A DNA stretch of 64,000 nt from Candidatus Marinacidobacterales bacterium (GCA_965226495.1 OZ245365.1:1856001-1920000); one strand, 5' to 3'. Numbered from the stretch's first letter, positions 30,435 through 41,288 are shown. Made by a program: numbers and translations. The notes: generated by a model not told the origin, from the sequence alone.

Positions 30435-32621
30435 CTACTGGTAGTTCTCGATGACGTAAGTGTCCGACTGATCGGCGTCGCGGGTATAGAAGATCTTTTT
30501 CCCATCCGGAGACCAGCCACCGTTGTGAGGGTGCCATCGGCCTCGACCCTCCGTGATCTGACCGGTGGTCCCGCGGGTTCTGGCAGCTCTCCCGGCGCGG
30601 AAGGCGGGGTTAGGGGCGATGTAGAGCTCCTGGCCGAAATGGCTGGGCCCCTTGCAGTAGGCGACGGCGCGGCCGTCCGGAGAGACGGCCATCTCGATGG
30701 TCGCACCTTCAAGTAGCCTGGCCTCTCTGCCGGTGGTCAGGTTCCTGACCACCATTTCCCGTCCACTGCCGTCGGAGACCATACGAGAGTAAATTACATG
30801 TTGGCTGTCCAGATACCAATCAAAGTAGAGGACATCGGTTAGCACCGGCCCTGCGACATCATCGTCTCGGGACACGACCCAGAGCGAAACTCCCGAATCG
30901 TCAATGGCCAGGGCGGCGATGGCCTTCCCGTCGGGAGACCACCGCGTGCCTGCCCGCACCAGGTTCGGACCGCTCTGGCCAGCCGTTTGAATCGGCTGCT
31001 CGTGTATAAGGGTTGGCGAGGTACCGTCGATCGACATCATCCAGAATTGGTATTGCCCCTCTCGGTTGGACAGGAACGCAATCTCGCTTCCGTCCGGAGA
31101 CCAGGAAGCGCCCATGTCGTTGGCTGTATTCTCTGTGAGCTGTCGCTCCGACCCGCTTTCCAGGTCCATGAGCCAGATCTCGTTATTGCCGGTACGATTC
31201 GAGCTGTACAGCAGGCTATGCCCGTCGGGAGAAGGACGCGGGTAGAAATTGTCTCGAGTGTGATGAGTGAGGCGCTCCTCCCGAGCCGTCTCGACGTGTG
31301 TCCAATATAGGTCGGTCTGATGACTGAACGGAGCGTAGACGAGAGGCCCCTTGCTTGAAACGGCGACCGAGAGATCCCACTCGCTGGTAGTGAGCTGACG
31401 TAGTTGGCCGGATCGAATATTGATGTCCCAAATGTTTTGCATACCGGCGCGGTGAGAACGGAAGAGGACACGCTGACTGTCGGCGGAGAAGGCCGCCTCG
31501 ACATTGACGTACGGCTCGTCGACGAGGGGTTGGGGCTCGCCCCCATTGGCTGGCAAGAGCCATATCGCCGGGGGGTGCTCCTTGCTCATGCGCGTGAAGG
31601 TAATCCATTCGCCGTCGAAGGACCAGGAGGGAAGGATATCGCCGGCGTGAGGAGGTGGCTCAGTGATTGGAGATTCTCGACCGGTTTCGACATGGACCTT
31701 CCAGAGCCCCATCTGTCCGGTTGGAAGCGGACGTGAGAACAAGAGCTCCTTTCCGTCAGGCGACCAGGGCGCCGCGCCCATGACACTGAAAGCTTCCCAG
31801 AACCGTTCCAGGTAAGGAATTGTCGTCTCGACAAGCGCTTTCGGGGTGCCACCGAGTGGAGGGACGAGGTATATGTTCGTGCCGCTCCCGGGATCGGAAG
31901 CAAACGCGATGTAGCGGCCGTCGGGTGACCAGCGCGGAATGATCTCGTCGGTTTCGTCCTCCGTCAGGCGAATCGCGTCACCACCGGAGGAAGGCATCAC
32001 GAAAACATCAAGGTTCCCGAACGCATCATGGCTAAAGGCAACGAGTGAACCGTCCGGAGACCACGAGGGAAACAATTCGACACCATCGAAGCTGGTGAGC
32101 GGCCTGATTTCCCAGCCAGGTCCCCGGTCACGCGACGTGAGAAGGAGGGCGGATATCGTCGCGCCGGCGGCTAACAACACCAGCACGAAGCTCGCTGCCG
32201 GTCTAAGCCACCTAACACGTGGCTCTGCTCTAGGCGCGTCCCCCTCGACAGCGGGTGTCACGATCCCGTTGAAGACGTAGCCTTTCTTCGGGACCGTCTG
32301 GATCAATCCGGAGTCGTTCGCCTCCTCGCCAAACGCCCGGCGCAGCTTCCCGATCGCGTTGGTGAGCACCTCATCGGTGACGAATGTACCCTCCCAAACC
32401 GCCTCGAGGATCTGTTCCCGCGAGACCACCTCGCCGGCGTGCTCGACCAGATAGGCGAGCACCTGCATCGCCCGTGGCTCGATTTTGATTCTATTGCCGT
32501 GTGTTTCGATCAGATCTCGCCGTAGATCGACGAGCGATTCACCGACGTAGAAGGCATTCCGGATCAGAGCTGGCCTCCTGAATCCGTATGCCGGGAGTCT
32601 AACATCCCATCCGCTTTTCAC
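30435..32621 (-). CDS. Membrane-anchored regulator: OmpR/CadC-type wHTH + TM + PD40/TolB-like beta-propeller (copy 1)
   Basis: IEPRAMQVLAYL..VSREQILEAVW..IQTVPKKGY, one TM, many WSPDG repeats; compensating indels at ~30560-30620. Confidence 0.9.
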   Translation of the reverse strand: MKSGWDVRLPAYGFRRPALIRNAFYVGESLVDLRRDLIETHGNRIKIEPRAMQVLAYLVEHAGEVVSREQILEAVWEGTFVTDEVLTNAIGKLRRAFGEEANDSGLIQTVPKKGYVFNGIVTPAVEGDAPRAEPRVRWLRPAASFVLVLLAAGATISALLLTSRDRGPGWEIRPLTSFDGVELFPSWSPDGSLVAFSHDAFGNLDVFVMPSSGGDAIRLTEDETDEIIPRWSPDGRYIAFASDPGSGTNIYLVPPLGGTPKALVETTIPYLERFWEAFSVMGAAPWSPDGKELLFSRPLPTGQMGLWKVHVETGRESPITEPPPHAGDILPSWSFDGEWITFTRMSKEHPPAIWLLPANGGEPQPLVDEPYVNVEAAFSADSQRVLFRSHRAGMQNIWDINIRSGQLRQLTTSEWDLSVAVSSKGPLVYAPFSHQTDLYWTHVETAREERLTHHTRDNFYPRPSPDGHSLLYSSNRTGNNEIWLMDLESGSERQLTENTANDMGASWSPDGSEIAFLSNREGQYQFWMMSIDGTSPTLIHEQPIQTAGQSGPNLVRAGTRWSPDGKAIAALAIDDSGVSLWVVSRDDDVAGPVLTDVLYFDWYLDSQHVIYSRMVSDGSGREMVVRNLTTGREARLLEGATIEMAVSPDGRAVAYCKGPSHFGQELYIAPNPAFRAGRAARTRGTTGQITEGRGRWHPHNGGWSPDGKKIFYTRDADQSDTYVIENYQ

Positions 32622-32644
32622 AAAGAAAAACCCCCTTTTGTAGC

Positions 32645-32688
32645 GTTTTGGGGATGGTTTGGGAACCGTTTGGAAACGGTTTGGTGGC
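32645..32688 (+). promoter_or_regulatory. Four 11-bp direct repeats, candidate wHTH operator
   Basis: GTTTTGGGGAT GGTTTGGGAAC CGTTTGGAAAC GGTTTGGTGGC. Confidence 0.65.
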
Positions 32689-32781
32689 CTTCGGGATTCC
32701 TTTCCTCGCCCCTTGTTACTCCTCGGTGCGACGGCGGCGGCCGGCCTTGAGCGACCGTCGCATCAACGAGGAGGGTCAGCA

Positions 32782-33474
32782 ATGAGAAAACGAGATGTTC
32801 GCTTCTGTTGTAGCGCTTTCTGCATGTTGTGTGCCCTGATTCTTGTGGGTACCAGCGCCGCCTCTGCGCCGCAGAATGACGTGGTAAACCCCAAACCCCA
32901 ACTGAATGTCACCTGGCTCGACCCCGCCAATCTGTTTCCATCCGGGGCGCAAAGAGTCGGTCAGCATGTGAAGTGGATATTCGAGAATATCGAGGTGTCG
33001 ACCTCCTGGCGGATTGGAAGTATAGCGATCTCGAACGATCCATCTGCCTTTGGGCTTCGCGTGGTTCTCATGCCGTCCGATCCGACCTCCTGGGGGTTGT
33101 CCGATCGCGTGATGGGACTCGTCCCTAAGAAGGAACCGCGAGAGGCGATTTACGTATTCTATCCCGCCATTCTGCGGGCACTAGGCTACGAGGGAGATGG
33201 GGTAGCCAGCGGTCCTCGGTTGGAGACGTGGGTAAGGCGCCATTGGAGGGAAGTGTCTCTCGCACTCAGCCGGGTCGTAGTGCACGAGGTCGTTCATGCG
33301 GTATTACCGGCCCTCGACCACCACCCCAAGGGATTGATGAGATCCAAACTGAATGAGGCGACGCTGATTCAATACCGGGCGGCAATCGATCCTCATCTCG
33401 CGGCATTACTTCGGGTGGGCTTGACTAATCCGTCGTCGACGAGGGTGGTAGCCGCAAACACTCGACCAAATTGA
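32782..33474 (+). CDS. Exported zincin-like protein
   Basis: Signal peptide; HEVVHAVLPALDHHPKGLM = HExxH, third His and Met-turn-like; RBS GGAGG. Confidence 0.7.
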   Translation: MRKRDVRFCCSAFCMLCALILVGTSAASAPQNDVVNPKPQLNVTWLDPANLFPSGAQRVGQHVKWIFENIEVSTSWRIGSIAISNDPSAFGLRVVLMPSDPTSWGLSDRVMGLVPKKEPREAIYVFYPAILRALGYEGDGVASGPRLETWVRRHWREVSLALSRVVVHEVVHAVLPALDHHPKGLMRSKLNEATLIQYRAAIDPHLAALLRVGLTNPSSTRVVAANTRPN

Positions 33475-33477
33475 CTG

Positions 33478-33640
33478 GCGCCCCAGCGCTTCAACGGATC
33501 GACGAAACTCTCTTCGGCCAATGACGAAGATGCCGCCGATACGCCGGATTTCGTCTTCCCCGGCGGTCAGGGGCAGCCGCTAGCAAGTTCGGCCTTAAGT
33601 CTCGTTGGTCAGAGCTCGTGTGATGGGATCGAAGGTCTGG
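33478..33640 (-). pseudogene. Degenerate internal fragment of the aconitase-family gene
   Basis: FDPITRALTNET*..EDEIRRIGGIFVIGRREFRRSVE vs FNPTTRALTNETQ..EDEIRRTGGIFAVGQREFRRSVE in 28349-30376. Confidence 0.85.
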
Positions 33641-33711
33641 ATCACCCACCGAAATCTAGAAGCATGATGTCGCCCGCGGCTTTCGTTGAGCGTTTCCGGC
33701 CGTTGGCGCCA

Positions 33712-34836
33712 TCATTGGTAGTTTTCGATGACGTAAATATCGGACTGATCGGTGTCGCGGGTGTAGAAGATCTTTTGCCCATCCGGAGACCAGCCACCGT
33801 TGTGAGGGTGCCATCGCTCTCGACCCTCCGTGATCTGCACCGGCAGTCCCGCGGGCTCCGGCAGCTCTTCCGGCGCGGAAGGCGGGGTTAGGGGCAACAC
33901 GTAGAGCTCTTGGCCGAAATGGCTGGGCCCCTTGCAGTAGGCGACGGCGCGGCCGTCCGGAGAGACGGCCATCTCGATGGTCGCACCTTCAAGTAGCCTG
34001 GCCTCTCTGCCGGTGGTCAGGTTCCTGACCACCATTTCCCGTCCACTGCCGTCGGAGACCATACGAGAGTAAATTACATGTTGGCTGTCCAGATACCAAT
34101 CAAAGTAGAGGACATCGGTTAGCACCGGCCCTGCGACATCATCGTCTCGGGACACGACCCAGAGCGAAACTCCCGAATCGTCAATGGCCAGGGCGGCGAT
34201 GGCCTTCCCGTCGGGAGACCACCGCGTGCCTGCCCGCACCAGGTTCGGACCCTGCTGGCCAGCCGTTTGAATCGGCTCCTCGTGTAAAAGGCTTGGGGAG
34301 GTACCGTCGATCGACACTGTCCAGAATTGGTATTGCCCCTCTCGGTTGGACAGGAACGCGATCTCGCCTCCGTCCGGAGACCAGGAGGCGCCGATGTCGT
34401 TTGCTGGATTTTCTGCGAGCTGGCGCTCCGACCCGCTCTCCAGGTCCATGAGCCAGATCTCGTTATTGCCGGTGCGATTCGAGCTATACAGTAGGCTGTG
34501 CCCGTCGGGGGAAAGACGTGGGTAGAAATTGCTTCGAGTGTGATGAGTGAGGCGTTCTTCCCTAGCTGTCTCGACGTGTGTCCAGTATAGGTCGGTTTGA
34601 TGACTGAACGGAGCGTACACGAGAGGCCCCTTGCTTGAAACGGCGAGCGAGAGATCCCACTCGCTGGTAGTGAGCTGACGTAGTTGGCCGGATCGAATAT
34701 TGATGTCCCAAATGTTTTGCATACCGGCGCGGTGAGAACGGAAGAGGACACGCTGACTGTCGGCGGAGAAGGCCGCCTCGACATTGACGTACGGCTCGTC
34801 GACGAGGGGTTGGGGCTCGCCCCCATTGGCTGGCAA
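33712..34836 (-). pseudogene. 5'-truncated second copy of the PD40 regulator
   Basis: Near-identical to 30435-31555; lacks wHTH and TM. Confidence 0.85.
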
Positions 34837-35018
34837 CCCGAAAACTGCTCGAAGATGTTCTCCACGAGCTCGACTTGGTCGGGCTCGCCATCAACCATAA
34901 CCTCCTGTCCCCGAGTCACAATCTTGACGTTCAGAGCGTTCTCGATGGATTTTAGATTCTCGTCTTGAGTGCCAAAGAGTGCGAGGGTTCCCTCTACCGG
35001 GACGGTGATTTTCTTCAT
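34837..35018 (-). pseudogene. phoH: N-terminal fragment of a PhoH-family protein
   Basis: LALFGTQDENLKSIENALNVKIVTRG..V.G resembles the PhoH/YbeZ N-terminus; joined out of frame to the PD40 copy. Confidence 0.7.
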
Positions 35019-35633
35019 AAAGTGAGCGGCGTTACCCCTTGGCGGAAGACTCCTTTGGGGACGGGTCTGCCTCCCGTCTAGACGGCACGATTCTTTCTCT
35101 AATTAGGCAATGGGAAAAATTCGACTGCCGGGGACTGGTGGAAAGAAGGGGCCGGGACGGGACGATAAAGAGCCCGAATAAGCTGATTCATCTCCTGAAA
35201 AGGATGCTAGCACGGGCCTCTAAACCGTCAAATATACGTGCTGGCCTAACCTGACCGCTGATTGCCGCCAAAAAAAGGGGGTTGGAGCCAACCGGCATGG
35301 CCGGGGGCTAGATCGTGTCTTCGCCGCCGCCGGGACCTGGAAGCGGGGGCTCTAGGGAGACCGGCGGGATGGTCATTTTCGGTGTGATCGGGAGAGGCGA
35401 GATAACCGGGGGCGGGGCGTGTGCCTCGATAGCGGCCCCGTATGAGGCCCTGCTTGGTGCGCCGCTCTTGGCTCCCGAGACCGCAATCGATCCCGTGCCT
35501 GTTCCTTGAGCTTCTCGGCCATCGCCTCGGCGAGTCGATCGGCGAGCGGGCAAGTGTCACACCCACGTTGGCACCGCTTGCAATTGCGGAGAGATAGTTG
35601 CTATCTCGGTTATTTTGCCCAGTGTCGATTCAC

Positions 35634-37802
35634 TCAGAACTTTTCGAGAGTGAGCAGCCAGATGTCGGATTCGCGACTGACCAGTGAGAAATAGATCGCG
35701 CGATCGTCCGTTGTGGTGCGAGAGACGCGGGTCAGTTCGACTGGGTGTCCCATAAGAGCACCCGGCGCAAATATCTCGCGATATTCTTTGGACTCACTAT
35801 CGAGAATGAAGAACTTGCCCTGAGTACGCTCGGTAAAAAGGAGTCTGTGGCTATCGTTGAGCCAGACCGGCCTTGTTCCGAAATCCGTTAACTGGCGGTA
35901 TTCCTTCGACTCGAGATCGTAAAGGATGATGCTTTCGTCGAGCGAATGGAGGGCCAGACGCCGCCCATCGGGAGACCATGACATCACCTGCAATCTCTCA
36001 CTCTTGCCCTCAAACGGCGGCATAGCTTCCGGAAGCGTTTCAGTCCACGGCTTGCCCAGCTCGACGACATAAGACCAGACTTGAGGAAAGAGAGTGTAGG
36101 CTATGCGCAAGCCATCCGCCGACCAGACGGGAAAAGAAGCATCGTAGCCCGGGGTGTTGGTGACTTGCTGAAGGCCGCTACCGTCCGGATTCACGATCCA
36201 GATCTCGGACGTACCGCTCCGGTACGACTGAAAAGCGATCCGCTCGCCGTCGGGGGACCATTGGGGATGACGATCCCTAGCGTCCGTGAGCTGGCGGATC
36301 CCGGTGCCATCCGTACGGATGAGGGAGATGCCATGCGGTGGTCTACGCGAAGAGAAGGCGAGCCATTCACCGTCGGGTGAGGCACTGGGGCCGATGGCCG
36401 TGTTGGAACCTCGAGTGATGGCGACCGGTTCACCCTGAACTTTTTCTGCCGTCTCATCGAAGGCAATCTTGTAGAGATTGAAGTTCTCGACCCCCCGCGA
36501 CGCGTAAGCAATTCTTCGCCCGTCCCCAGACAGCGTCGGATGTACCGCCGAAGCGCCCGCACCGGTGGTCACCGGTTCCGGCTCACTAAGGATCTTGCCC
36601 GATTCCTCTTCAATCGCGACTCGCCATAGGTTCATGCTGCCGCTCCGGTCGCTGGAAAAGTAGATGTAGCTCCCGTCCGGAGACCAGACCGGGTTCCAAT
36701 TTACATAGGCACCGTCCGTGACCCGTAGCGCTTCACCCCCCTTCGCCGATATGGTCCAGATGCCTGGGTGATCGGTCTTCTTGGAGAAATTCTTAGAGAA
36801 ATAGGCAACCCGGTGACCGTGAGGCGACCAGCGGGGCTGAGACGCGTCCTTTCCGGCAATCAGCCGTCTCTCGCCCGTGGCAATATCGATCGCCCAAAGC
36901 TCGCTGACCTTCCATCGCACCGGCCACCAAGTAGGCGCGGTGGCGAAGAGGATTTCCCTGCCATCGGGCGACCAGACCGGGTCGTAACCGAAATCCGTCA
37001 AGCGCCTGACCGATTCGCCAGTCGCCCCCATCAAGAAAATGCCGCCACCGTCTCGCTCGGAGCGGAACACAATGAGCTCGCCATCCGGGGAGAAGGCCGG
37101 TTGTGTGTCATCGGCGGGAGAATCCGGAGTCAGGTTAGTGGCGTTCCGCCCCTGCACCCTTCGGACGTAGACGTCCCAGTTGCCGGCGGCCCGGCTGGTG
37201 TAGGCGATGAATCTTCCGTCCGGCGACAGGCTGGGGAAGAGCTCCTCACCAGGTTCTGAAGTCAATTGGGAGAAGGTTCCCTGGACCGCAGAGGCTCCGA
37301 TTTGCCTGGTATCTCGGGCGAGCGGCACTGCCAGATAGACTGCGACCGCAGAGATAACGGCTCCTAGGGCTGCCCAAAGAGCCCGCCGGCTGATGCGCTT
37401 CGGCTCGGGCAGGCCCCGTTCCTCGAAAGCGAACGAACCCTCCACCGGCGAGACCGAAGCATTGAGTCGGTAGCCTTTTTTCGGAACCGTCTGGATCAAT
37501 CCGGAGTCGTTCGCCTCCTCGCCAAACGCCCGGCGCAGCTTCCCGATCGCGTTGGTGAGCACCTCATCGGTGACGAACGTACCCTCCCAAACCGCCTCGA
37601 GGATCTGTTCCCGCGAGACCACCTCGCCAGCGTTCTCAACCAGATAGGCGAGCACCTGCATCGCCCGTGGTTCGATTTTGATTGTGTTGCCGTGTCGTTC
37701 GATGAGGTCTCGCCGCGGATCGACGAGCGATTCACCGACGTGGAAGGCATTCTGGATCAGAGCTGGCCTCCTGATCCTACTATGGCCGGAGTCTAGCACC
37801 AT
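35634..37802 (-). CDS. wHTH-TM-PD40 regulator (copy 3)
   Basis: wHTH nearly identical to copy 1; divergent propeller with WSPDG repeats. Confidence 0.9.
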   Translation of the reverse strand: MVLDSGHSRIRRPALIQNAFHVGESLVDPRRDLIERHGNTIKIEPRAMQVLAYLVENAGEVVSREQILEAVWEGTFVTDEVLTNAIGKLRRAFGEEANDSGLIQTVPKKGYRLNASVSPVEGSFAFEERGLPEPKRISRRALWAALGAVISAVAVYLAVPLARDTRQIGASAVQGTFSQLTSEPGEELFPSLSPDGRFIAYTSRAAGNWDVYVRRVQGRNATNLTPDSPADDTQPAFSPDGELIVFRSERDGGGIFLMGATGESVRRLTDFGYDPVWSPDGREILFATAPTWWPVRWKVSELWAIDIATGERRLIAGKDASQPRWSPHGHRVAYFSKNFSKKTDHPGIWTISAKGGEALRVTDGAYVNWNPVWSPDGSYIYFSSDRSGSMNLWRVAIEEESGKILSEPEPVTTGAGASAVHPTLSGDGRRIAYASRGVENFNLYKIAFDETAEKVQGEPVAITRGSNTAIGPSASPDGEWLAFSSRRPPHGISLIRTDGTGIRQLTDARDRHPQWSPDGERIAFQSYRSGTSEIWIVNPDGSGLQQVTNTPGYDASFPVWSADGLRIAYTLFPQVWSYVVELGKPWTETLPEAMPPFEGKSERLQVMSWSPDGRRLALHSLDESIILYDLESKEYRQLTDFGTRPVWLNDSHRLLFTERTQGKFFILDSESKEYREIFAPGALMGHPVELTRVSRTTTDDRAIYFSLVSRESDIWLLTLEKF

Positions 37803-37876
37803 ATCCTTCGCAAGGGAAAACCCATTCTTTTCGTGGAGGCGCCGTTCGTCTCCAAGTCCTGGCCAGGATGGAACTT

Positions 37877-37909
37877 CGTTTGGGAATCGTTTGGGAATCG
37901 TTAGGAGTT
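37877..37909 (+). promoter_or_regulatory. Three 11-bp direct repeats, candidate wHTH operator
   Basis: CGTTTGGGAAT CGTTTGGGAAT CGTTAGGAGTT, same position relative to the divergent leader as at 32645. Confidence 0.7.
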
Positions 37910-38002
37910 TTTCGGGACTCGATTGTCGACTCCTTGCTACTCATCACTAGGACGACGGCGGCCGGCGCTCTGCGACCGCCGAATCGACGAGGAGGGTCAG
38001 CA

Positions 38003-38140
38003 ATGAGAAAACGAGATGTCCGCTTCCGGCATAGCGCTTTCTGCATGTTGTGTGCACTGATTCTTGCGGGTACCGCCGCGCACAATGGTCCTGGAACAAG
38101 TTGTAGCCCGCAAAAGTCTATTGAAAGGAGAATAAGGTGA
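38003..38140 (+). pseudogene. Truncated leader homologous to the 32782 gene (45 aa)
   Basis: MRKRDVRFRHSAFCMLCALILAGT vs MRKRDVRFCCSAFCMLCALILVGT; stop overlaps the next start (GTGA). Confidence 0.7.
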
Positions 38141-39636
38141 ACCTAATGAACGCCTTGCGAGGAACTCGATGGACGAAAATCGCCGCGTTCGCTCTATGCT
38201 CGTGCGTGGCGGGGGTGCTCGTCGCCACGCCACAAAAGGGAAAAAAACCCGAGAAGCCTGCGAGCTCATGCGACGTGATTCAACCCCTGAACCCAGACTT
38301 CACCCTGGTGGCCACGCTGCAAGCCAGCATCCCGATGGCGAACGTCGGGTTTGGCGGGGGCGTTAGTGCGACGTCCTTCGGAACGGAGGTCGTGGTCGCA
38401 GTGGGGTCCTTTTTCGAGACGGACACGGTGGAGGTCTTCCAGTTGAATCTCGACGGGTCGCCGGCGGCGGCCCAAGTCACCCTAACTGTCCCTGTCTCCG
38501 GGCGGTACGACAATGTTGTTATCGCTGCCGTGAACACCGATAACTTTCCAGACATCGTCGTTGGAGACGGCAAGAGTGCGTTCTTGTTCCTCGCCGATGC
38601 CTATGGAAATGGTGGATACGAAGCTCCCATCGAGCTCCTGCCCTCCGAGGCCAGCTTAGGCTTTGGTTCTTCGATTGCCGTCGGAGATCTCATCGAGGAT
38701 GGAATGAATAATCCGGATGGTTATCCCGACATCGTCGTCGGCGCTCCCGCCAGCGGCACCAAAGACAGTGGCAAGGTGTTCATTTTCGAGCCGTCGGGAG
38801 CGATGTTCCCCTCCTCCAGCCTCACGATTGACGGGGCGGATCGACCCGGCGCCCAGAGCGGTGATCGGTTTGGCCAGAGCGTAGCGGTCGGAGATGTCAC
38901 GGGGGCGTCCATGAACGAAGATCTCATTGTATCCGCTGACCGTGCCGATGAAGGCAAAGGCAAACACAACGTCGGCAAAGTGTGGGTGTTCCCGGGAGCT
39001 CTTAACGGCTCCCCCTTTCTGCTCGCCCAAGGGGAAAAGAGTGCCTCTCTGGGGAACAAGGTGGCGGCGGCAGATCTTACCAACAGCGGGTTCCGCGATG
39101 TGGTGGTCACAGATTTGGGTGAGGAGGCGCTGGTCTTTCCAGGTCTGGTTCCAAACGGCCCTGTCCCAGTCGTCCTTCTCCCCGATCCTAGCCTCGCCGG
39201 GACCGGAGGCTATGGGCAAGCCATAGCGGCGGGCGACATCGATGGGGACGGGCGTCCGGATCTGATCGTGGGGGCCAGGCTAGCCAGACCACCGGGGTGC
39301 AACCGCAACATTGGAGCGGCTCAGGTCTACTTGTCCGACGTCGCCGATTCTAAGCCCTATGGATTCCTCTTGCAGCCGCCAGACACAGAGGGCGGCAATT
39401 ACGGAGTTGGCGTGGCGGTCGCCTCTGGACTCGTCTTCGTCGGCGAGTTTGGTCGCGATGCAGTCGATGGCGGCAATTTACTCGATGCCGCCGGTCTGGT
39501 TTACGTGTACGGGCTGGTGGACACCGATGGTGATGGTGTTCCGGACGTCCAGGATAACTGCCCTCTGGTGTCCAACCCTCTTCAACTGGATGCCGACGGG
39601 GACGGTGTCGGAGATGCCTGCGACCCGACTCCATAA
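38137..39636 (+). CDS. Exported FG-GAP/integrin-alpha-like propeller with C-terminal thrombospondin type 3 repeat
   Basis: FG.S.A.GD..DG.PD.VVGAP repeats; [29 protein letters not shown]. Confidence 0.88.
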   Translation: MNLMNALRGTRWTKIAAFALCSCVAGVLVATPQKGKKPEKPASSCDVIQPLNPDFTLVATLQASIPMANVGFGGGVSATSFGTEVVVAVGSFFETDTVEVFQLNLDGSPAAAQVTLTVPVSGRYDNVVIAAVNTDNFPDIVVGDGKSAFLFLADAYGNGGYEAPIELLPSEASLGFGSSIAVGDLIEDGMNNPDGYPDIVVGAPASGTKDSGKVFIFEPSGAMFPSSSLTIDGADRPGAQSGDRFGQSVAVGDVTGASMNEDLIVSADRADEGKGKHNVGKVWVFPGALNGSPFLLAQGEKSASLGNKVAAADLTNSGFRDVVVTDLGEEALVFPGLVPNGPVPVVLLPDPSLAGTGGYGQAIAAGDIDGDGRPDLIVGARLARPPGCNRNIGAAQVYLSDVADSKPYGFLLQPPDTEGGNYGVGVAVASGLVFVGEFGRDAVDGGNLLDAAGLVYVYGLVDTDGDGVPDVQDNCPLVSNPLQLDADGDGVGDACDPTP

Positions 39637-39807
39637 GGGCTAAGTACGCGACAACACTGAGCGCGAGTCCGGGAGCCTCACTTCGGCTGAGGCCCCCGAT
39701 TTGCTTCGTGTGCGCCAGGAAGGGTGGGCTGTCACTACCACCTAGGTTGGAGGTATCGAGATCTCAAGAGATCCACATACCTTGGGGCTACGCGTGCTTC
39801 TCATGCT

Positions 39808-41010
39808 CGTAGGGTCAAAATACTCATGCGGCCTTCCGGTAGTAGAATTTCAGCAGCCCGCCGAGACGTTCGCGACAGCGAATCGCTCCGTCTGCCGCGT
39901 TCGTCTGGCCCACACGGGGAAACAACAACAGATTGTTCTTGCCTTGATGATTCCTCTCGTGATGATGATGTGCGACGTACTCCTTCAGCGCGTGACGAAG
40001 CGACCTCTCCCCGAACAAGATAAGCTTCGAGAGACATTCCTCTTTGACGGACTTCACCCAGCGCTCCGCGAACGAGTTCAAATCCGGGCTCCGCGCGGGC
40101 AGCTTGACAGGCGTGACGCCGACCGACTCAATGGTGGCCCGGAACGACTCGCAGAACTTGGAATCCCGGTCGTGGATAAGATATCGGCTCGAGGACAGAA
40201 AGCCGACATCGGCCATCGTCACGTTGCGGGCCACTTGAGTCATCCACTGTTCGTTCGGATGCGGCGTGATGCCGGCAATGTAGACGCGTCGCGTAGCCAG
40301 GTGGATGAAGAACAGAACGTAGTACGTCACCAACCCGCCCTGAGCCCACACCTCCGCGGTGAAGAAATCTGTCGCCGCGAGGACATCCATGTGCGAGCGA
40401 ATGAACTCCGTCCAGGTGCTGGCCTTCTTTCGCTCAGGGGCAGGTGGTATGCCGTGACGCCTCAGGATGTTACCTACGGCTGGGTCGCTGACTTCATGCC
40501 CGAGATTGGCTAACGCCCCGGCAATCCGGTCGTAACCCCAGGACTTGTTCTCCTTGGCGAGATGCACCACCAGCTCTTCGATGTCGGCGTCGACCCGCGG
40601 CCGCCCTGGATACTGACGGTTCTTGGAGCCGTCGAACTTCTTCGCAACAAGCCTCCGGTGCCAGCCCAGGATCGTCTCGGGCTTCACGATGCTCGCTACT
40701 TCGTCGAGCGCTCGTTTGCCGAGCTGTTTTCCGATCTCGGCCAGAGACCGCCGTTCGCCATCGGTCAGGCGCAAACGACCCTGGATCTGATCTCGAAGAA
40801 TTCGATTCTCGGCCACAAGATACTCGTTCCGCAGGAGCAACTCCTCATCCACGGATCCTGAGATGTAGGCCAGCATGGTCTTCCAGTCCATCGCGACTCC
40901 TTCCGGTGAACCGGTGTTATACGTATCCGACCGCGATGGCGGATTCAAGCCACCTTTGGGAAGGTGCAAACTGCTGACCCGGCTGGGCGTTCGAGTATTT
41001 TGACCAGACG
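39808..41010 (-). mobile_element. Integrase-core (DDE) transposase element, CDS 39824-40891, with 18-bp inverted ends
   Basis: DFFT, IHDRDSKF, NSFAERWVKSVKEECL; CGTAGGGTCAAAATACTC / GAGTATTTTGACCAGACG (16/18). Confidence 0.85.
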
Positions 41011-41084
41011 GGAATGGCATCCCGTCCCCTACGTCGATTCTCACAAAGATTCTCACAAAGCCGAGCTCGTATATTCGGCACAAG

Positions 41085-41205
41085 CTCCTGTGTCTTCTTC
41101 GAGACCGTGGGCTCGTTTCCCGTCTATCCCAGCGACACCAAGGGATTGCACAAGCTCGCTTGTTATCTCATGCGGGCTCACGTGAACCTGTCCCGACTTC
41201 GGCTC
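41085..41205 (+). pseudogene. IS91-family transposase remnant
   Basis: VYPSDTKGLHKLACYLMRAHVNLSRL resembles VWPQNTEGLERLCRYLLRCPLSLSRI at 59.3 kb. Confidence 0.6.
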
Positions 41206-41259
41206 TTCGTCCTCGACCGCCGCGGCCCGCCCGGGCAAGTGTAATAATATGTAACATTG

Positions 41260-41288
41260 TTGACAGGCATCCGCAATTCTGTTAGGAT
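41260..41288 (+). promoter_or_regulatory. Sigma70-type promoter of the XRE-ino1-IPCT/DIPPS operon
   Basis: TTGACA-17 bp-TAGGAT with extended -10 TG; overlapping inverted repeat TGACAG..CTGTTA. Confidence 0.7.

Noticed and set aside
30435-34836. Diversity-generating retroelement TR/VR pair
   Set aside because: Differences are mixed, largely synonymous transitions rather than A-specific; no reverse transcriptase in the window
34119-35018. 299-aa PhoH fusion ORF
   Set aside because: After ~60 aa it reads an alternative frame of the PD40 copy; a junction by-product
35246-35600. Short ORFs between the phoH stub and PD40 copy 3 (similarly 11842-12162, 49600-50025)
   Set aside because: No recognisable family or start signals; cannot be supported without a search
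41036-41059. Tandem GATTCTCACAAA x2
   Set aside because: Two copies between IS remnants; most simply a slippage or insertion scar
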